In this document: piece by piece, positions 56,937-64,000 of the stretch
Layout of the letters: each line of letters starts with the position of its first letter
Numbering within the stretch: position 1 is the stretch's first letter
Assembly (NCBI GenBank): GCA_964057225.1
Contig: OZ059899.1
Coordinates: 5,394,001-5,458,000 of the forward strand
DNA length: 64,000 bases
Source of the DNA: Auanema rhodensis
Lineage: Eukaryota > Animalia > Nematoda
Direction: 5' to 3'
Position numbers and translations under genes: made by a program
The notes under the pieces: generated by a model
Told to the model about the DNA's origin: nothing
The model's database searches: none
Seen by the model: the letters and a program-made list of their open reading frames with translations, nothing else

Positions 56937-58063
56937 GTTATTTGTTAGCGTTTTATAGTTTATAATTCAACGATATCGCAAATATTTTTATCGTTAAGCG
57001 AATCTATAGGATCCTATATTATCAATTATCCCAAGACAGTATATAATACTTCAAAATGCTATTAATTATGCCTTTGTGATATGAGCAAACTATTTATCGG
57101 GTGGTATGGGAACACGGATATCTTTTCAATCATGATAAATAGCTTCTGTAATAACATTCAGTTTTATGAAATAAATTATTTTTTTAATTTTATCCCTTCC
57201 GATTTATTTTACTTTCTATATTTTGTCTTTATTAACAACATAATGTTGAATGAAACTGAAAAAAAATTTTTAATTTAAAATTAGTAAAAAAAGATTCAAA
57301 CAGTAGTTTCTTAAAGCAATTCATACTTTGTATTTACCTTAGTCAGTTATGCATTTGCAAGTTTGCTTAAGGTTAGTAGTAAGACAAATCTTTTTACTAA
57401 TGTTATTTCGTAATAAGAAATATTTGCTTATTCAATAGAGTGAACAGGTAAAATGTTTTATTGATGTTTCACCGCTTTCGTCACTTATAATAGAAATAAT
57501 TAATTATATCCTATTTCAAATGATATAAATCAATGATTGTTTAAAAAATTTCAACGAAATTTATGTCTTTTGATAGTAAAATTCTCTGTCAAATTTGAAG
57601 AGCACTGTCACAATTTTAATCGTTAGATTGGCATCATAATAAAGCAAAATCTGGTTTTTGCTAATGAATAAGGAAATATTTTTTTTATCTCAGATGAAAG
57701 GTTGGCGTTGTAGAAGAATAACGGAATATGAGAAGTAAAACAATATGATTACAATAAAAATATTCTTATAAAAGTACTGTAAGTAGAAAAGCAGTAAGTA
57801 GACTTTTACAAAATACAAAATAGAAATGACAAGATTGAATATGAAAAAAGAGAAAGAACTCGCCTATTCTGCTGTTCTTCGAGACAAAAAAAACCGTATA
57901 TGGTGGAATAGTTGGTCATAAGCCGGATATAAAGACAAAGAACGTGGAAGTTTGAAGCCTAATCACTGCTACGAATCATCGATGAACTTTCCTCGCTATT
58001 CGCTCGCTATTCCCGGTTTTCAATCGTCACTTCTCCAAGTCTTGCAGTTGCTGTTTCATCTAA

Positions 58064-60887
58064 ATGCTGATCATCCTCAATTTACTTGTAATTGTTGCAA
58101 TTTTCTTAGATTCTTCTCCGGCTGATGCACAAGATTTTAAAGGTATTACATAACTAATAGTAAACGATTTATATATTATGATAAGTTTCTTGAATATCTA
58201 CAAATTAATCAACTCTGAAATTTATTTTAGACGTGAAAATCGCGAATTTACCCAGTGTTTCCGACTATGATGAATACGATGAAAACTTGCCATTTGAAAA
58301 AGATATTCTAGTTATACCAAATCGTTTTCCAAAGGATTTGAATTTCTTCTGTTATCCAAGGTATAGCATGCAATAGATTGAGATTTTTGATTTTTTAGAA
58401 CAAACCTATTACGAGATCGTATGTGTTATGGTCAACTAGACGCATTTTCTATACTATGTGTAGGTGATACACCTCCTATACATATGGCTCCCTTTTGTAT
58501 AGCCTTTAAGGTATTTTACTGTTTTATAATTTGTACACTCATTGCCAGCACAAAAAAATAAATAAGGAAATTTTATACTTTCACTTTTTGTGTATGATCT
58601 TTATATAGTGGCATGTCATTTCTCTCTCCCTCCCTTCTCATTTCAATACCTTTGTGATTGATGACCATGATATGGGTGGCGGCTATAGGAGCATGTAGAA
58701 GGAGGAAAACAGAGAATAACGCTGAAGAAAGAGAAACTGTGTGAATAGTTTGACAAGACAATGAATTTCCATCCAAAATTATTCAGAGCGATCGTGTCGA
58801 TAAACGGACAACCGCACTTGAATTGAAGAGAAGAGTAGGAAAGTATCAACAACAATGTAATCGTAAAGCATTATTGAAGTTTGAAACTAGTACACATATG
58901 CTAATGAAATTATAATTTCGAATACTGGGTGTACTGATAATCCAACAAGTTTGTAGTAAATTGCTATAGAAATATATTTCAATCTTAAAAACTAACCAAA
59001 AATAGACGAGACAGAAATATATGATGCTTTAGACAGCGTTATATATATATGTATATAAGATAGATAAAGAGATATATGCTCCTATGATTGGAAAAAACAA
59101 AAAAAGGAGAGGAGAAAACCGGTTTGATGTTATGTATTTTCAAATTAGTGAGCAGAATCAACATACAAAATTCAAATCAAACTCCACATGAAAGTATTAC
59201 ATCTAAGTAATGATTAACATATTGAAAAACGTATTTATTCATTCATAACTTATTGTAACCTATATACTTATAAATCTTTTTTTATTTCAGCATTCATGCT
59301 CCGAAATAAACTATCCAGGTGAAACATTCTGTAAAGTAGAGAAACGTCATCATCGTAAGTACTGTAAACATATCAGACTTCAAACATGTGTAAATGAGCA
59401 ATATGATGTTAGTTGTAGTTGTGAACCGTACGAAAATCACTGGCGGAGGTACTTTTTAAATTGAAACAAACAAAGAGCTTTTCCACTTAAATATTTTGCC
59501 AGGTACGGTTATGAAACAGCTGTTTTTTGCCAAAAGTATGATTTGTTCTGCAATGAGGAGAAAAGACGTGAAAAGGCAAATGAGATTGTACCCGTGTTGA
59601 AAGATGCTGTCCGTGTTCATTACAGGTTCAGGTTTATATGTGTATTATTGCGTATATGAAACAATATATACAAAGCTTTGAATATTATGGTATTGATTTA
59701 GATGCTTTCATATGTTCAACTTGGTCCAAGTAATATGTGATCCATTTCGCAGACAATTCGATTGGCAGAGATGTATGAAGGTCAGATTTGGCAGGAAAAA
59801 TGAAAAGATAGCAATCGTTTGATTGTAGTTTCAAAAACAGATCAAAAGAAGTTAAAAGAAAACAAAAAAATATCTAAATTTAGTTTTTGTTGGACTGCGA
59901 ATTGATCTCAGATTTCGAAGCAGATGATGCTGAGCCTTCAGTTCAGGAATCAACAAGTCCAGAAGTAGAACACATCGATAGTTAGTTCTTTCTTGTATTT
60001 AACTAAGTACTTTTGCCACGGGACTATTACTTAGAACAACCAATAATCTAATATTTAAAGAATGTTGACAAGAAAAAAGTTTCAGTAGAGCCAGACGCAA
60101 ATAAATCCTCAACTACGAGTAATGAAGGATTTGTTGGAACAGCTGAAGAAGAGCAATCGGCTAAAAAAATTGCTGATGAAGAAAAATTATTAGAAGAGCT
60201 TATTCGTGAAAGTGAGAAAGATGAAAAACTTCATGTAAGATTATGCTAAATGGTGACGACTTAAATGCCAAATTTTAGAATGCAATTAATGCAACTACGC
60301 CTACGACAATGACTGTACTAACTTCGTCTGGAACGAACAATTCAATAAGTATTGCTGAAGAAAAAAAAGAAAAACTGCCGTCTAATTCTGTGAATAAAAC
60401 AGATGAATTAGAAGACGAACTTCCACCAGGAACTGACTTCTTCAGTTAAGCCTTTCGATCTTTTTCAAAAAACCGTTGTCTTCATTCATTCAAGAGCCAG
60501 CTGGAAACATGGCCTCCGACAAAAAAAATGTTGAAAATGTCACAAAATCCACAGATGTAGAAATAGGACTAGGAGACAAGGATGATCCAAAGCAAATACC
60601 GCCATCGCCATCCTCATCCACCCCGGCGTCGAAGCCGTTGTCGTCGTCGCAGCCGTCGCTCGAAGTACCCAAGGCGCATGCGGTACGCCCACTTCTATTT
60701 TCATGAAATCTAACACCCTCTATCTTTTTTTCTTTGTCAATCCATCTATGAACTTCAGGCATCTCCGGTTGTCTCTCCGATTGCCTTTTCCCGATCCATC
60801 CTACGGCAACGTCTCGCAATGGGTTCATCAGAGTTTTCTACAGCCTTTGCCTCCGCCTTCAGAACCTCTTCGAAACATCCTCATTAG
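58064..60887 (+). CDS. Secreted Cys-rich protein with acidic/Ser-Thr-Pro low-complexity tail, function unknown
   Basis: Signal peptide MLIILNLLVIVAIFLDSSPADA after a TTGCAG acceptor, with TATAAA at 57928. In-frame Cys-rich exons include FFCYPR, RMCYGQLDAFSILC, PFCIAFKHSC, FCQKYDLFC and [25 protein letters not shown]. The 3' end is uncertain (alternative stops at 60448, 60706 or 60887). Confidence 0.75.
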
Positions 60888-62301
60888 GCTGTCTTCTACA
60901 AAAAAGTTCAAGTTCATCAGTCATCCTCTCAATGTTATCAGAGCAAAAAAAGTTTTATATTAGTATTTAATTCTAAGAAGACCTACATATGTCACAACGT
61001 ACAGTTATCTCTCTCATGTACATAGTATTCGAAACATCTATTGATTTTCACCTCATTCAATATATTCCTACAGACTTTAGTTTTCTATTCAAACTCTCTC
61101 TCTCTTGTCATCATCCCACTCAATCCCTCTTTGTCTTGTGCACAAAACTGATTTATAAACAACGTAATTTGAATTTGGCGCCAATCGTAAACAGCTCGAT
61201 TGCTCTTTAACAATGCTGCTAACCGGAATTATCATAATACCATCATGATCATGTGGTCGTAATATTTTATTTCGAAATGTATGCATTAAAATCAGTTGAC
61301 TTTCAATAAAGTTCTATTTAGTATGGAGGTTGGCATAGTTCACATTTATAGATGTGATTTTATTATTTTGTAACAAGCAATAATCACGCTAATCACTCAA
61401 AGCAATAATTTATAAATTATTTCGAATTTCAGCGCACATCTGCTGGCACTTGTTATATATGCATGTTTTTATTTTTGTCATAAGCGTTTCTCTTTGTATA
61501 TTTTCGTCATATTGTATCATTCGAAGAAGAGATGCTGACAGAGAATCTTCCTACACGAGAGATAGAGGAGCCCGAATTCCATTTACGACGCTGTCATCAG
61601 TCGGCGCTTTCGTACTTTTCAAGAATATGCTCTTTGTCAATCTTCTTCTATTGTTAACTATATCTAATAAGGCCTTTCTCTTTGAGTGATGATGTTCTTT
61701 AATCATTTGCATATCTTCCGCTGCTCTTGAGATTGCCCCGAATGTTTGCTTGCTCATTATAAGTGTGTTGTACGACGAGATTATTGCAGGAAGCATGGTT
61801 ATTTTATACAATCTGTTACTGTTCTTTCTGAGATCTTTCTCGAGGAACAAAATCCCATTTTTCACTTTGCTTTATTTCTAATATCTTTTTCAAAACCTGC
61901 TCATTCATTGAAGTCCTCTTAGTTGATCGTTCTTAATGGAGTTTAATACGGTGCCCACCGGTGGCTCACTGGATTCAACAGCATGGTGTTTTTTGTGTTA
62001 AACTTTATGAAGATGGCATGTTTAAGATTGTTCCGTTTAATATGAATTATTTCTTAGCCCTTTTGCCTCGAGCTAGTAATGCATTTTGCGTGTTTTATCT
62101 TGTTTCAAATCTTTTTTGACACAGACACATTCGTTTTATCTACGAACCATGATCGTGTAAAGTATTTTGTACAAAATCTTCTATTTTCTCAAATTAAGAA
62201 CAGTTTATACTTTTCTCACTTTTTTGACGAATTTGTCACGTTTTTTGGTCGTTAAGTTCATGTGTTTTATTTTATAGCCGAGTATTTAACTTACTAAAAA
62301 A

Positions 62302-63958
62302 ATGTCAAATAGCGAAGAGCAGCGTCTAAGACAAAGAGTTCTTGAGGTATGTTCAGTTTTTACTACAATTATTTACTTTACTCTGTAGCATCTTCGAAGA
62401 GATCCGGATAATTTGGTGAGTTCTGGTGACTTATATCTGGCTCTAGGAGGTCAAAAGGTTCTACGATACACAGAGACAGAATTTAGGTGCTGGCTTCATG
62501 TTTTTCATGCAATTTATTTAATATTAACTCTTTAGAGAGTTTCTTCGAAATTCTTGTTCGTTTGTAGAAGAGCAGGAGAGTAAAGGAGATGAGAATCGTT
62601 CACCTAAGTAACAATTGATGTTATTCTTTCTTAACCGTTTTGTTTTTAGATATGCTTTGCAAGATACTTTACGTAGAAAACGTACTAGTGTGAACAAATT
62701 ACGTTCAGCTAGCTCATCTCACATCAGCTCGGATAAATCCAGAAAAGGATTTACTGTGCAAAAGGTTAACAACATATTTATGCAATCATTCAACGCAAGT
62801 TCTTTTTAGGATGGATTCAGAGCTATTATCTGTGCTGCTAGGAGGTTATCAGAAACTTCAGGAGATGGAACTATTGTATGGAATGAGCTTAGAACTAATT
62901 ACAGGTATTTTTTTGAATATATATATATATATATGGTCTTGAATTGAAATATTAATTTTTAGAAAGGAAACTGGAAGACATCTAACCGTAGATGAATTGA
63001 ATAACATGCTTGGCACCAAAAATCTTACTAAGTAAAAACTTTTTGAACATATTGTTTATTTAATTTTCATATACAGATTCCAAATTCTTACAACTAAGTT
63101 AAGTGGAATTATGGAGCCTGTTGATAATAAAGGATTAATTCTTCGATTAGTCAATTCAAGAAGCCTATCATCACCAAGTCCAATGAGAGTTTCATCAGTT
63201 TCTTCCAATGGATCTACTAACAGCGATCGTTTGTTTATTCATTCTTTTTGCTTTCATGGTTATCCTATTTCAGATACTTCCCCTCCACGTAGTAACCAAT
63301 TGTCAGCAACAAGTCCACAAGTAGATTTTTTTTGTTTGTTATCTACTATGTTTTCCTTTATTTTAGCGTTCTCCTTCTGAAATTGTGGAATCTGCCTCTC
63401 CAAAAACCGAGCCTTGCCTATCAACAGTATCTGAAAACAAAAATGAAGCTGTTTCGGTATCTGCTTACGAGTCTAACTCCGACGTCCTCACCCAGGAAAC
63501 AATTGTACGTGACGTAAAACTCAGAGAAAAGGCTCCAATTTCTAAAGACGTACTTGAGGCAAGTGTATATATCGAAGATTTTAATGTGAATAATACTCTT
63601 ATAGGGAGATGATGATGTTTTCACTTCAGAATCTAATGCTGAATTGAACACGCAAACTGTAAGTAATTGCTAGGAAAGCTTATATTTCTTTCATTATTTA
63701 CAGCACTTTGAGAATGATGAAGAGACTGTCAATAAATTTGCTGAGAGTTTAATTCAACATAGAAATTCTCTTCCAGATGAATTTGGAGATGAGGTTTTTT
63801 CATTCTGTTTTTCATTTCACTATTTTGTAATTTCTTACTTCAAGATTTATGGTGGAGAAGATGTGAATGTTACTGAAACAATCAACGCCGAAAAAGTTGA
63901 AGACTCAACTGTCGATAAATCTCAGTTTGATGAGAGTTCGATAGCTTTGAATGAACAG
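62302..63958 (+). CDS. Uncharacterised protein, N-terminal winged-helix/LOTUS-like segments then disordered Ser/acidic region; 3' end outside window
   Basis: MSNSEEQRLRQRVLE|HLRRDPDNLVSSGDLY... and ...GDGTIVWNELRTNYRKETGRHLTVDELNNMLG... join through a regular series of short introns; no stop codon before the window ends inside an intron. Confidence 0.75.
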
Positions 63959-64000
63959 GTTTGTATATCAGATAAGTTCAATAAGTAATTTGCATTTTAC

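Noticed and set aside
58573-58855. Possible nested antisense gene in the large intron of the Cys-rich gene
   Set aside because: No usable ATG-initiated exon chain; hydrophobicity comes from a pyrimidine tract.
61586-61630. C-x11-C spacing like an insulin B chain (CHQSALSYFSRIC)
   Set aside because: Lacks the conserved Gly/Leu, and no CC-x3-C-x8-C A chain is found downstream.

Overview
AT-rich eukaryotic DNA with very short (about 40-50 nt) introns and TTTCAG-type acceptors, i.e. a nematode, most likely rhabditid/clade V. It is not C. elegans, because it encodes an ecdysone receptor. All gene models were assembled by hand from splice signals and reading frame. The left ~42 kb is gene-sparse and rich in AG/CT microsatellites. 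It holds a Kruppel-like factor (klf-1-like, +), an EcR/NR1H orthologue lacking a recognisable helix 12 (+), a small Gly/Asn/Gln-rich caenacin-like secreted peptide (+), a serpentine chemoreceptor (-), a single-pass adaptor-like membrane protein with a PDZ-binding tail (-) and a ~16 kb apparently gene-free interval. The right ~22 kb is compact and all on +: SERCA (sca-1, two alternative C-termini), gly-9-like GalNAc-transferase A, DENR, gly-9-like GalNAc-transferase B (probable operon), a Cys-rich secreted protein, and a possible LOTUS/winged-helix protein running off the end. The best leads are: a 115-bp perfectly identical tract, including a whole intron, shared by the otherwise diverged GalNAc-T paralogues; the AF-2-less EcR with a GC-AG intron and tandem donors; KLF boxes clustered around the KLF gene; and a possible spliced non-coding or micro-ORF transcript with a miRNA-like hairpin in the gene desert. 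No prokaryote-type system (CRISPR etc.) is present.
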